Notes: a model not told the origin generated them from the sequence alone. Positions 34,474 through 48,343 are shown, counted from the stretch's first letter. The stretch: DNA of 64,000 nucleotides from Rhodosorus marinus CCMP1338 (GCA_029953675.1 JAMWBK010000003.1:558001-622000), one strand, 5' to 3'. Numbers and translations are program-made.

Positions 34474-36939
34474 TCAAGCTGTACACGGAGAGTTGCTCCC
34501 CGCCGTTAAAACCCTGAGTTACAAGGAATGCTTCCTACAGTACCAGAAATCCCACCAATCCCTTCCGCCTCTTTGGAAGACTCCGAGGACTCCACCAAAC
34601 CCACTTCAAATCAGTCTCTCCCGCACTCACAAAACAACCTATTCCGTCCGTTACCATTCCACCCCACAGTCCAGAAACCTCGCCAAACCCCGCAGTCCTA
34701 GTCTTGAGCAAAGACCTCTAATATAGCCAAACCCCAAGCTCCCGTAGGCTCGCGTCTCGACGTGCACTCCGCTACCTTCATCAACCCTGTTTTATCCAGG
34801 ACAACTTTGCCCGCACCCGCTGAAGACGTCTGACCCAATTCCAAGCTAAATACGTTGCCGATTCCCTCCGTATTCCATAATCGAAATCCACTCCCCCCGG
34901 AACATCCCTCTGATCAGCAGGAAGGACATTTTTTAAAAAAACACCCTTCCCCCCCCCCTTCCTCGTCAGCCGGATGCTCTTCTAGCGAATGAGCCCACCA
35001 CCCTGTTCAACGAAACACAGCGTTTAGAGGGCAGCGAACACCTCAACCTGCAGGAAACCTCCTTGAAACCGGTCAAAAATATTCCATAAGAACACGGAAG
35101 ACCGAATTCCATCACATATTCCAGACCCCCTTGAACAAAACCTTGTCAAAAATAGCGACCTTGCTGATCGTAACCCATGCCCGGTTAAGACTCCCCACCC
35201 CTAAACCAATTGAAACGTCGAGTTCAGCTCGCAACGGCCCCCGACACCACCCCCCTACAAAAAAAATAATAATAATAACAGGGAATCGCGTTCGTCCGAA
35301 AAAATTTACTCAATTCCGTGTACCTGGAAAAATTAACAAATATAGAACCCAACGCATATTTTCACTTTTCACCTAAAAATACCATATGTGTTCATTTTTC
35401 TTTCATCTTATTCGATATCTACCCTTGTTTCTTGGAAAATCGAGTGCGCTAAAATGGTACCAGGCGTTTCGTTTGTTGTCAATACCGATGAACCAAGATT
35501 TAGTCTGTATTAGACAAATCTGGATTTTTTGTTCTTGTTTTATATTCTACAACCCTCGATTTAGTGCCTAATAGATCCGCAACGCTCTACATGAAGGAAA
35601 AGAGCACCACATTGAGCAAAAAAACATGAATTTAAAATCTCTCAATTATATTAAAATTCATGTATTCAAAAAACCGATCCATTTCTGGGCTATGAAGGCG
35701 AGCTAATTAGCCCATTCACGCGGAGATCTCGGAGCCCGCACGAACCATATGCAGAGGTCACCATTGACAAACGGGGCGGGTAGAAAAGTCTATGGACAGT
35801 AGAATGTTTGGAAACGACGAAATCTGATCTCCCTTTATTGACGAAAAGGCGCTGGGGTTTATTCGGCCCTTCGGAAGACTGCCTAAAAAACTTCCCCAGA
35901 ACTGTTCCTGCAGCAAGATAGGACCATACGGAGCGTAAACAAGGACGCTTGTGGTTTATTAATAGCAATATTTAGGGACTCGCGACAATAGGAATTAACA
36001 AAACAATCTTTCGGACCACATGATTGGTTCTATTTTTTTGAATGTTTTTTTCCTTTTCAGATTAAATCCCGAACGCTCAAATTGGTTGGAAAAAACAAGT
36101 TGCTTCTTCGTAAAAACAAAAATCAAGATGATGGTAAGTCGATACGGGCGCCAGGGGTGACCGTTTTCCGTTGTGTGTGATATCCGCATAGCTAAGGGCT
36201 GAGGGGGCTAAGGGGGTTCTTGTTGTCGTTAGAAAGTTTTTGAGATATTTCTATGCTTATTTTCTCTCCCTTTGGACCAAGCGAAAAGGGGTCGAGCCTT
36301 ATCTCAAAACAAAATTTTGAAAGTTTTGCTGGTGAAAGAGGTAGTGGATCCTCTATTGTAAACCAAGGACTGAATTTGTTCTGCTAGTTACTTTCGGTGT
36401 TTGATTGGTCAAAGTTTCTAATAAAATGGTACAATTTGAAAATTACCAACGTAGCGTGAGGGGAAATTCGCTTTTCGGGGTGAAGACTCTCTGGAACCCC
36501 CCTTCTCTGCGAATCGGATTTGAGAAGGGGTAATCCGGGAACTGAAAAAAAGCTTGAGGTTACGTTTCCGGGGGGAGCTGACGGATCTTTGATTGATGTG
36601 CGCAGAGGGGAGGGAGGTATGGGCGGGGGGGGCGGAGAGGAACGGGGGTGGAGAGTAGGGGGAAGGAGGGCGGTCGGAGATTCTATGGAATTTGTTGAGC
36701 ATTGAACTAATGTTGACGTGCGTGGCAGCATGGGAAGGTCATCGTTCCGTTTTGATTTTTGCTTAGAATTTACCATGAGATCGGTTGAGGGTGTTAATTT
36801 GGGGGCCCGAGCTAACAGAAAGTTGACATTCACAGCGCAGAAAACGTACTGGAGCTTGGGTTTTCCGACCTAAATGCCCTTGAACTTCGAGCGCACTTGG
36901 AGAGGATGTGTACTTGAGATGTGCTTCTAGAGTACCATG

Positions 36940-37300
36940 TGAGCTACTTGAACCATTCGAGGCTCATAGAGTTCCTAGCCAAGGAGAGATAGCAAAAACT
37001 GCGATATTGAAGAGAGGAACCGCGGGGGGGGGACGAAACATCAGCAAGTCTAGTTGACGGCCCCGAATCTGTTGCCAAATTGGGCCTCATCACCACGGTA
37101 GCAGAGATCCCTGGGCGAAGTTTTTGCGTAAAAAGACCAGTATGCGGAGGCCATCCGCTTCTCGGCAAGATCCTCGAGAAAGGCCTCCAGTTGTTGCTTC
37201 GATAGTTCCTGCTGCCATTAGCGCATTTGGCCGATTACTGCTGAGAAGTTTCATAACGTTCGCTCTGCGCCTGAGCTTACTGGCTTACCTCGAAGGAGGC
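36940..37300 (+). mobile_element. Possible decayed RLE remnant
   Basis: Fragments TVAE / KDQYAEAIRF / IVPAAISAFGRL lie in different frames and resemble the RLE C-terminal motif at 30.0 kb. Confidence 0.35.
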
Positions 37301-39279
37301 TCATTTTATTTTCGACTTGTTTTGGCGTTCTTTAGCGCCATTGTCCGTGGTTGCTATAAAAGGAATGGTGCCTTTAGAAGCAACCACGGACCGCTGGGGA
37401 GCATCTGTGGCTCCTTTCTTTCACATTCCAGTATACTTGGCTACTGGATCACCACCACTATGGGTGGACAACCCCTTTGATGTGTCTCCCGAGCTTCTTT
37501 CCCATATCTTAGCTCTTTTAGCGCCACCCCTTGTAGCTTATGGTAAAGTGCACAATTCCATCAGCAATTGAAGCCTTACAAACCAGCAACCAGAGAAAGT
37601 CCAACGTAACAAGCGCCCTCATCGCAAGGCTCCTTCAGACGGCATCCCACAGAACCCCACAGAACCCCACTCGTGGGGATACCACCCGGGGTTGTTAGTT
37701 TTCTAGTCAACCGCAGAACCCCAACGTAGCATGCTCGGGGCATCCCCCGCTTTCGCTTGCAGTACGTGCTGCATGGAGTATGCAAAGTCACCTACGTATC
37801 CATTCATGAAACTCCCTAAATTTTGTATGCAATCAAGATTTAAGGCGTAGGTTGCCCCCCCCTTTGTTCTTAATCTGATTGAACTCGGATTTCATGCTTT
37901 CAGGGGCGAATTTGCCATTTGACCCCGACGACAGCTGAACAGGGACGAATTCGATTTTTTACGAGGCTGCTTCTGGGAGAATCCCCAAGCGCACCTTCGT
38001 GGATGCGCAGTCCGATTGATAAATCTAGAAAACTGCGTGATGTTCAATCTTGTTTTTCCAACCCTACCCAAGAGCTGCAGCCGATCCCTCCTGGATACGA
38101 AGTTCCCTCTAGCATCTCCTATGCTTTTCGACAGCCTACGAGGTACGCCTTATCCGAAGCTCAGCCCCGGCGCAAGAATCCTGAAATCGATTTCTGTTCC
38201 AAATTTCAACTCTAAACCAACTTTATGTAAAGAGTCGTCTGAGCGGAAATATTGAAATACTGAAAAAAAAGTCGGCGAAGTGGACGCCAACATCCCAAAC
38301 AAGGTTTTTCATTTCACAAAATTGAAGAAGACGTCCCAGATAAAGACATGGCTATATAAAGCAAAAACTATTTGCACGTCCGTGTTTTTGAGAAATAAAC
38401 GAAAACAAACGTTTTCGTCCTTAGTTTTGCGTCAGATAATGAATACTCGAAAATGACAGCCAAATGCTCAAAACCTCTAAATTCAATATTTTGCTACTAA
38501 TTTCTTGGAGCGAAGTGTTGCACACGCGCAGACAGACAGCCCACGATCTGCGCGGGGTTGTGGCCCGACGTCGCTGGAACGGTTTGGGACACTACAGAGT
38601 AGCCACGAACTAGGAGGTCTATCAGCGATACGTCACGTTAACCTTCTTTGGGGGTACTCAGTTTGGCTTCTCTAGCTCCTACAGCGGTACCAGCACACCC
38701 GGTCCACAATACGAGGAATCATGCACACCCCTGACCTTACACACTCGCGTGCTGGTGAAGGCAGAAGAACCAAGGAAGCTGCCAAAGCTTTTACCCACCC
38801 CACTACGCAAGCGTATGGAACTTTTATCAGATACCCATTGTCCCAAATTCCCCGAGACGAACCTCTCGTCCCTCTCAATTCCTCTGCCAGAAATACGAGA
38901 TATCGATTTGTATTGTATTTGAATATCATAGTTCAAGTATTGCTAAATATTTAATGTGATTGAGTTTTTATTCTCGAATTAGCATGAAAGTAGTTGAGCC
39001 AATTGGGCAAAACGGTTGCAACCCGAAATCGATCTTGGAACCCAGGTTCATTGATAGGATCCTTTCACGAAGCAATGCTGCACGCGATCGCAAAGAAGCT
39101 TCTACGAACCCGTTGACTCTATGGGGCAACTCCATGCTATAGCGATCCTTCCCTTAGAGTGTCGTTTATGATTGCGATAGGAAAACTGAAATTCACCGTT
39201 CGTATCAAGCGAGCTTATCATAAACGTGGAATGAAATCGGTCCATTCGGAAGGAAGACGAACATCAGCAGAGGATGTCG

Positions 39280-40400
39280 GAGTTCCATGGCACCCAGAGT
39301 GCGCAACTTTGTGAGCGGTTTACAACGCTATGAAGTTCCTGTGCTATATTTTGAAGATTTCCTTTGTCTGTGGCTTGTCCCTTGGCACCAGACCTTTCAG
39401 ATAGTGCTCGGAGCCCCTTTTCACGAAGGTGTATATAACCCCTCCAGCGGCTTCATTTCAGCAAAAAAAAGTCGAAGCGAGTGCGGGGATGAGGTTTTTG
39501 ACGAGAATTCCCTCAGGTAGATTCGCAATCAATCCTTTCTCACGATGGAAAGTTCTCTGGGATCTTAAGGACTTGCAGCCGGTCTCTGTCGCAAGAACCG
39601 GTACGTCAGCGCTGAAGGATACTGCGCTTGCACGCCTACCTCCCTGCAGCACACGGTTTGCAAAGTTGTGGATCCCACGAAAACTACAGTCAGCTCGCAA
39701 GATTCCGCGAGTGACTCCATTACCATCTATGCAATGCCTGTCGAATCGCGAAGTGAGTAGGCGATGCTGGGACTCCTTCTCTGGTGGCCAGCATCCCCTC
39801 AGTGGGACCCTTCCCCGTGATTCGCAAGTGTACCTAACAAAGTGCGAGCACAAACAAAGTGCGAGCACTTTTAAGATGGGCGTTGGCTCTCCCGAGCACA
39901 TGTCTCGCAAAGAGCGACCAAAGAAGCTGCGAAGGGTGGTAAAGCCTGCTGCCAGAGGTACAAGTGCGTCCAAACTTTTGTCAAGACTATTGCTGAAGCG
40001 GTTCTACATCTATCATGGGTCTTTGAGTTCGGCCTACGGTGCGCCCACTAGTCCACCTCTTAGTCGCCGTTGCGCCCACGATTTACGACATCTCCTCGCT
40101 AAGTTTGCTTTGGGTGGCTAAATGCCAGACCTGGTTCTCCAGTACAAGAAAACGCCGTGCGCTTGTCTGCCGAATTCTGCGAGGCAATAACCGTCATTGC
40201 TGAAGCAAGAGGACTTCAGAACCGCGAAGATGCTACCGTTTAGCTCTGAGGAAGGGACAAGTAGGCGTCCAGAGAAAACAAGGAGCTGCTTCGTAGAGCT
40301 TCAAGAGAGATCTTGATAATTCCATGATTGACTACCACTGGAACTCGCATCACAACGCGTGTGCCAACACTTTCCTTCCTGTCACTAAACAACAGGACGC
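39280..40400 (+). mobile_element. Possible decayed non-LTR retrotransposon remnant
   Basis: AHDLRHLLAKFALGG*MPDLVLQ resembles the RHD...RPDLV motif that precedes RLE domains. The region is GC-richer and coding-like but has no intact ORF. Confidence 0.35.
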
Positions 40401-43364
40401 GGTGATGAAGGAAGTCTGAGAAACATTATGCCTCTCTCCTGTCACTCGTTCATGTCTTGCTGGTATCCGCGTGAACCAAATGGAAGGTGAACGCCCTAAT
40501 TCATTCGAGTTGATTGGCTCCGTCACGTTCCCACAAGGTTTTCCTCCCCTGGTCAGATTCTGAAGGAGGGTCGCAATCTGCGAACTAAGTGGTCTTTCGC
40601 GCAGTTGAAACATTTAACTGAACCAACTAGATCTTCACAAAACTCAAAACTTTCTGTTATCCCAAATCCCACATAGTAGTAGGAGAGCTTGAAAGTCAGC
40701 CGACTGCCTTTCGCGCAACTCCCGTCAAGACTCACAGCCCCCGTATCCAAGCGCGCCGGTATGCGCCCGAGAAGACAAGGAAAAGCAGCCGCCCACCTAC
40801 TGATTAAGCTCACGCAAACGACGAAGGACGACTTCCACCTGGGCAAGAAAAAGCATATTCAGGAAGCAAATTTCAAGATTTGAGACAAACCTGGCTTCCA
40901 TGCCTGTCTAGTCCCTCTATCATCTCTAGATATTGAATGGAAAACAAAAACTACGCAACATCCTAAAGCAACTTGGAAGAAAACAACTTTTCTTTCGTGT
41001 TTCCTGTCGCTTGCGGCGAAGAATCCTGAGATTCGCTGTTGTTGGATAAAAACCCTTAGATGATCCCATTGGCTTTCATAGTTGCATCATGCAATCCACA
41101 GCTCGGGGGGGAGTGGAAGTTGCTTGCGTTTCCGGTTTTACTCTAGTGTAGCCGCCTGCCAAGGTGTGGTCCCTCTTGCCTGAAATTGTCTGCAGTGAAT
41201 GTAAACATGCAGATACACAGGAGAGAGAGGCGAAGCAGGCAAGCACGATCCCTTACCGTCCTGGCACTTGAGTATCCACTCACGAACAGGAGCGCGGAGC
41301 GCTCTCTGAATAAACGGATCATACAGGAGTGCGTCGAGCAACGTGAATGTAGATGTGGGTGCCAATAACTTGTGCATGCGATACCTCCTCCCAGATACTC
41401 TTTGATTTGTTTCCTCCAAGAAAATACTAGAATTCAGGATACTTTCGTAGGGAGGAGCCGGGGGGGGGGGAAGGCGGGGGTGGCTGGAGCGGACGTCGTT
41501 GACCCTCTCCTTTTCCTTTTAAAAAGTTTTCCAAATATTCAATTATGGAGATTTTGGAAAGGGTTTTTTCCTGTGTTGCCTTTTCTAGAACAGCTGAAAA
41601 CAGGGACAAGAGTTTTTTTTACCCATTCTTGAATAAATACTCTTTCCGTTGGCTTGAGTGCCAAGACGCGTAAGGAAAAAGAAGAAGAAAAAAGGGGGGG
41701 TGGAAATAATAATATAATCAACTCGATGAGCAAGCGCGGGAGAGTTGCGCATAGAGACAAAAGGGTGGGTAGGGAGGGGTATATAGGTGAAAGGAGCTAC
41801 CTTGCCAATCATCATCGTCAATAGACTAGGTGAAAAGCCCACTTCAACCGGGGTCTTTCAAGCATAAAAAAAATTAAATCTGAATAACCACCGAACGGCT
41901 ACGACGGGATTCTCGGTGTATCTGCGCATTAGTAGTGTCTGCTAACGATTGAATCAACCCCATTGGCCGTTTTCGAGAACAATTGATGGTGGAAGAGAAA
42001 GACCCGTTCAAATTTTTTTTTCATTCTTCTGAGCAGTCCAAAAAAGGACAGGTTTCCTCGATTCCCCAACAGCAAAGTAGATAACAAAAAACAAAAGATC
42101 CTCAATTTCCTTTTGGGGGAAGCCAAATCGTTACATGATTGGATAATGGAGTCACGCTAAGTCGAATAGGAGGAGGACAGACTGCAGAAGCTTGGAGGAG
42201 GGGTAGGGAACCAAAGAACACTTGCTCCACAACATAATTTGCTAAAATATTTAAGCATTATGTGGATATGACATCCGCAAGTGAAAGGGGCTAGAGGTGT
42301 TTGAAAAAGCTAAAAACATTAAAAAAAACTTCAGCACAGAAATTTTGATAAATAAGCAAAAAAGAGGATGGAATCGCAGCCCTGAAATTTGCACTAAAGG
42401 CCACCCCCCCTCCTTCCAACAGAATTTTGTCCTTTCCGTGATTGCGTTTCATGACAATGGAATGATTGATTTACAAGGAATTCCTGAACTGTTGGGAAAT
42501 TGTTTTTAACATCACAGACGACGTTAAAAAAAACAAAACTGGGTGTTACAACAGTTTGGGGGGGGTGTGTGTGCTGAGCTTGATTTTTCGTTTCTTTTCT
42601 GGTGGTTGGCAGATTTCGGATTTTTCCTTCTCGTAAAGCTGTGTCAGTCATCGTGAAGGCAATTGTAAGTCAAGAAAAGGGGGATGTCGGAATGGGTGAT
42701 CGTTGCACATACAATTCTCACGCAAGGCCTAACTGTTTGTTCTGTTGGGCTTTAAATACATGAAATATTTTTAATAAAAGTAAGTATTAGTGAAAACTAC
42801 CCCCTAAGTTCTTCATATTGGCGTTTTGTAGCTTCTCTATGAACCCCTCGCGCGGTTGCTCTTTTTTGGGCGCGGAAGGGAGATGTTGCTCATTGATTGT
42901 TGACGCTGGTTTTCTAGGCAACTAAATAAATCGCAGAAATTTTGAAGGGCTCTTGGGCTCAGCGGTTGCTGTTTTCGTGTTAGTATTTTCGTTGTGGTTC
43001 TGTGGGTATTTGTGTGATTAGCTTTGGGAGGGGCTGGACGCACACATTGTTATAGATGTTGCTCATCATGAAAAGGCGAGCCGGTGGTTGAGGGAACGGT
43101 GTAGAGGGCAAAGAGCTAGGAAGTGGACGAGGTGATTGTTCGGGGAAGCAGTAGAGCTATTGTGGATCGTCGTTGATCTTGACCCGATCGCCGAGGTGAG
43201 ACTTGGGTGAAGTCTGGTTGGTTTTGTGGGGCGATTGCTTAGAGCGCTGACCTGGGGGCCGGGGTGCGCTTTTCCAGGACGTAGAGCTGTTGTATCCACT
43301 GTGTGTGATTAAGCCTCTGCTGGCAGTGAGATTGGGATTTTTGGACTGGACTAGGTATTTAACT

Positions 43365-43805
43365 ATGAGACGCATCCTCGTGGAGGTCAGAGAGGGAAAG
43401 GGCAGGGTATTTGTGTGCCCTGTTGAAGGATGTCGAAAGGAGAGCAGTCGGAAGTACAACATTCAAGCTCACATGAGGATTCACACTGAGCAAACACCTT
43501 ACATTTGTGTATTTTCTGGATGCGGAATGTCCTTCAAATGGCGCTCGAGCTTGGTGAATCATGAACGATACCACAAGAGGGATGGAAGCGGTCAAGATAT
43601 GTTGGAGAAAATGAACGAAAGGGCTGACGATGGGAACAACCGGAATGCACTTGACCGGGTACTATCAAGCAGCTCAGCGGTGACAGTGGAGAGCAACGAT
43701 GGCAATCAAAAAACTGTTGAAGATGAACGGGAGCAGTTCTACGTCGCCGTAATCCTGGCTGAGAACTTGCACAAGGGAGGTCAGCTCGGAAGTGCTTGTA
43801 ATTAG
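43365..43805 (+). CDS. C2H2 zinc-finger transcription factor (2 fingers)
   Basis: FVCPVEGCRKESSRKYNIQAHMRIHTEQTPYICVFSGCGMSFKWRSSLVNHERYH; first ATG at 43365 (an upstream exon is possible). Confidence 0.88.
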   Translation: MRRILVEVREGKGRVFVCPVEGCRKESSRKYNIQAHMRIHTEQTPYICVFSGCGMSFKWRSSLVNHERYHKRDGSGQDMLEKMNERADDGNNRNALDRVLSSSSAVTVESNDGNQKTVEDEREQFYVAVILAENLHKGGQLGSACN

Positions 43806-45756
43806 GATTGAGGGTTTAACCCAAGGACGCGCTCAAACAGCTGATACGACTATGGTATCCGCATCATATTGAACTTACGAAGGTCAGGCATAGAAGAGGC
43901 CTATACAACATTATGGAACATATATACAATATTATTCTTATATAAAATAGTAAGCTAATGCATCATCCATATCAGAGGGCGAACAGAGGTAGAATCGATA
44001 AGCGATCTGACGGATCGCAGAAGGATCTGTTGACGCAGCCGCAACTAGTCCCGTTGTACCCAAACGAAAACGAAGTCAGCTCCTCCCACTTCTCATACAG
44101 CAGAGTTGTGCTCGAAACGATTAACCAGGACTCATTCGACCAAGGCTAAACCACTGGAGAACGACTGACGCCATTCACCTGCACCCGAAATGTGCTTCAC
44201 ACCCACACTTGCGTGAGTATGCAGAATCAAGATGTGGTCTTGTGAACAGGCTCGCCGTCCCCATTCAGTGAGGAATCAATCGCCTGATCGAGATCTTCCC
44301 ACCTCAACTGGGCCATGTGGAACTGTTCCATATGTCGACGTGGGGGGGCTTGGTCGCCAGTGTCTGAGTTAATTACGTTTCTGCACCATGTTCGCTAGTT
44401 TCCAAATCTATTTATAATATCAAATAAGCGGAAGAAATTTGTATGATTTCATTGTTGTTGTCGGATCTCACCCCCCCCCCCCTAGCAAACTGTGACTATC
44501 CATCCGACGGAAACCAGAATGCCAAAAAAAGGCCATACTTCATTATTTAGACCAGAATGTTCTTAGATCTACTTTCATCCTCTTGCCAACAAACTTGAAA
44601 TATGTCAATTTTCAATAGGATGGATCCATTCTTATGGGCGCGCTTTCCCCAGAAACATCGAAAGTAACCCATTTCTGCTTTGTGCCTGAGCTCCAGAATA
44701 TGACCGCAACGTCGCGGACAAGCATATCCGGGGGTTGAAGGATTTTCATGAGAACATAAACAGACGGGACTGGAAAAAAGGGAGCAACAGATAAAAAGTA
44801 CCCCCTCGATATTATCGCCTACGCTATAGGACTAGAATTATAAGTAAAACTGGGTCAATTATGGTCCCTATTGCCTACCCACGTTTTTGCTTGCCACCAC
44901 TTCCGACTCCTTCCCTTCCCCCCACACACACACCCCCGGGGCACCAAAAAATACTTGGATCATGTATCAAGGAAGAGGAATATATACTGAATCCTATCAA
45001 CAGTACGCCTTAGTCACTTCTGAGAAGAGTGCTTCTTTCCTGAAAACACGCCTTATTGGCCTTCAAATCCATTCCAATCATTCCCACATTCCACTCCAAC
45101 ATGGCCCCTTTCAATGAACGCAAAAGATCGTCCCCCCCCAAAAAACAAACAAGACAAAAAAAAGGTTAGTACAAACATAGTATATGTTGCTGTAGACACT
45201 GATTTGTAGCGACTCTGACATGAAAATCAATAATAACCAAAACCAATCCAAGCGAATCCGTACAAATCAATCGAAATCTGTAATAATGATTGACTCAGTA
45301 CTTGAGAGGTGGTGACAGTTGGGCATCCTAACTTCCGAATCTGTATCTACACAGGAGGTTGGCAGAATCTATTATTTGCATCGTAAAAAATGAGGAGGCT
45401 TTTTTTTTTTTTTGAAATGCAGGAGGGGAGAAAGAAAAAAAAAGAGAAGGGGGGGGGTGGATTGGTCAGCTCAGCTTTTTCTGGCTTACTTACAATACTT
45501 ACAATGTCAGAATCTCGTCCGATTTTATTTTTTTGTGTTTGTCTGCTGATTGGTAGTCCAATACAAAAAAATAGGTGCGCATGGCCGAGTTTTTCTGGAG
45601 TGGGAGGGGCGAATGGTCGATTTCGAAAAGTGGTTTTTTGAGGGTTCTTGCACTACGCGATCGTGAGATGGATTTTGTTCTTTATAGCTTTTTTCGGTGG
45701 TTTTGATCTGTTCATTAGGAAAAGTAGATCCTTCTGGGATATTTTTCACACAAATT

Positions 45757-46430
45757 ATGGTAGAACGGCTTTTTTTTTACCCAGATAACGTAACCCAAAA
45801 GCAAACCGACGAGACTCCATTTGTCCCGGCTGTGGAAGAGGTGAGCGTTTGCACTGGGGTTGGAATGCTCGTGCTCATTTCGTGATCTCCGCTTTTTCGT
45901 TGCTCTGATAGCTTCAGTTGGAAGTCTATCAACAAGTAGCACTCCAGACCGCAGCCCAGTACGATTAGGAGCGAGGCGTCATGGAAACACACATGATTTC
46001 TTGGTGATGCCTTTGCATTACTATTTAGAGCACCCGCAGGACTAGGATGTTCTGACTAGAACGTTCGCGTGTCTGGACAACGAGGCTCGAAGGTACAATT
46101 CTAGGCTCACTACGAACACGTCAGCGGGAAGGGTTTTGGACGATACAATCCATACCAGGTTCCCATAACGAGTAGAACACGGCGATCAGTTACAGGTCGT
46201 TCTGAATTTGCGGTTGTTTTCCTAAGTTCGTTTTGAACGAAACCCTCCATTCACAAGTCCAGCTTCGTCGCCCGGAGGGAGGTTTCGCTTACAAGGCCAG
46301 TGGGGTGATGGATCAGTAATCATCTTCACAAAGTCCTGGGCTCTTCAAGTCCAAACCTATAGACCCTTCCACTCGTCTAGCTATGCTATGAGCGCCGTGG
46401 ATCACAAGCTGCTTCGGGAAAAGTGACTCA
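45757..46430 (+). CDS. Possible multi-exon hypothetical gene upstream of the SET gene
   Basis: ATG 45757 MVERLFFYPDNVTQ...VEE, then a GTGAGC donor (45841) and TAG acceptor (~45911). Further donor/acceptor-like sites allow an in-frame model ending GRFRLQGQWGDGSVIIF...LLREK-stop. Other splice models are also possible. Confidence 0.25.
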
Positions 46431-46721
46431 GTAAGAAGCCAACTTCGTCGCAAGGGGCGGTGTTTTTTCTTTGCAAGAACTGACAAGGGTATTGAATCAT
46501 GTGGCAGTCTAGTCTCATCGAAAACCAGCGGTCTTTCACGATCACGAGGAAACCAGAAGACCAGCTTCGTCAGTGGGGGAGACCCAGTTCGGATAACTTT
46601 CGGTTAGGGTGAAGGATCAATTGAATTTCGCAAAGATCATTCCCTTTAAGCTTTTTGAAAGAGAGATCGGATAGCGTGGATCAGTCAAGGGTTTGGGATG
46701 GCTGCCTGATGAGGCCTCCTG

Positions 46722-48343
46722 ATGGCTTTTTCAGGTGGTGGAGATCTGAGTGAGTTGACAGACTGGGTGATATCGAATGGAGGGCACTCAAAGGTGAAGG
46801 TTGAAGACAATGCAAAAGTCGGTAGGCACCTTGTCTTCACTGAAGATGTCCTTGATCAAACCGTGATCGTGTCGGTGCCGGCGGACCTGGTCTTCAGCTT
46901 GAGGAACGCTCCAAGGGAATTGAAGACTATTCTAGATTCCATCCCGGAATATGTTCTGGACCGCTCGGAGGCTTCCGATTTGTTGCTCTACCTGTTGTAC
47001 GAGCGTTTCAGAGAAGATACGAGGTGGAAACCTTTTCTGACTACCCAACCGGACGGGTTTTCGTCTCCAGTTTTAGACGATCGATGCGATAGCTTCCTCC
47101 AAGGAACACCGCTGCTACCCGTCTGCCAGAGCTTGAGATATGATATGACTAAAACGTTCGAGAAGCTGCTGAAACATCTGCTTGAGAGGTGAGCAAACGT
47201 CGAGCAGAAAACATTGAGACTCAAAACCAGTTTTTTTCTCATCCATGCCAAACTTCTGTTTTCATCAGGTGGCCTGCGGAGTTTCCAAAGGACCAGTTCA
47301 ACGCTGAAACCTTGAAGTGGGCTCAAGCGATCTGCGAGAGCCGATCATTCAAAGTCCTCGTTGAGGATGCAGAAGAGACGGTTTTGGTACGCACTGAAAA
47401 TCGCTCCTTTGACAAGCCCAAGACGAGCCTCATCAACTTGTTTCTCAACATCTCTCTCTTTCTGCCTCTTTGCGCTGGCTTTCCGTGGCTCTTAAAGGTT
47501 CCACTGGTGGATATGGCCAACCATGACCCGTCTGGATGTCTGTTCAGGGACTTGTATGACCCAGAAAGGGGCTTTCAACTACGAATCACAGGGAAATCCT
47601 TCCGGAAAGGAGACGAGCTCAATCTGAGATACGGAGAGCTTCCTAATTGGGAGCTTCTCCTTCACTACGGTTTCGCAGTTGAGAACAATCCACACGATCG
47701 ATTGGACATACTGCTTGATAGCTCCGACGAAGACGATGATATGCAGGCGGCGGTGGGTAGTCTTTTTGGTTGCTGAAATGGGGACTCTCTCCCTTCTGCA
47801 ATGTCGAGCTCGCTCAGCTGGATTTTCTCGTTCCACAGGTGAAAAGAGCTCTGCTCCTTGAGCTGGGCCGCGCGCACGGGATTAGCCTGGAGCACTCTGT
47901 TCCGCGCATAGACCCGAAGTCGTCGGAGGGATTTCCACGGGGACTTTTAGCCTCGATGCGCTTGCTCTCTGCGAATGAAAGTGAGCTGGAGCCGATCACG
48001 ATCAGTAACCTCGCAGAAAAAACTTCCCACGTGATCAGCGAGCGATGTGAGCAGGAGGTGTTCTCGACGCTGAAAATGATCCTACAAGCGACCATGGCTT
48101 CATTGGGAACGTCTTGGGAAAACGATCTGAAGGATCGCGATCAACACGATGGTGATGTCCCTGAAAGGTAGACGATTGCTTCCAATATCCTGTCCCATCC
48201 TAGCCGTTGTTCCTCAAAGGTGGTGGTGTTTCATGTCCACCAACAGATACGCTCTTATCTATAGGCTGGAACTGCGGAAGATCATCCAGTCATTGCTTGA
48301 CTGGATAATGATCCACGATCCAAGGTCTTCGGATTCCGGATGA
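46722..48343 (+). CDS. SET-domain protein-lysine N-methyltransferase (Rubisco LSMT/SETD3/SETD6-like); exons 46722-47188, 47269-47386, 47498-47752, 47839-48167, 48247-48343 (421 aa)
   Basis: L..W...NGG, GR.LV, SVP.DL, W.PFL..QP, WA..ICESRSF, VPLVDMANH, YGELPNWELLLHYGF, plus a Rubisco-substrate-binding-like C-terminal domain. The four introns are phase-consistent. Confidence 0.9.

Noticed and set aside
39429-40121. 230-aa plus ORF and 171-aa minus ORF
   Set aside because: Neither has a protein-like domain or canonical start context. They are better explained as GC-rich TE debris.
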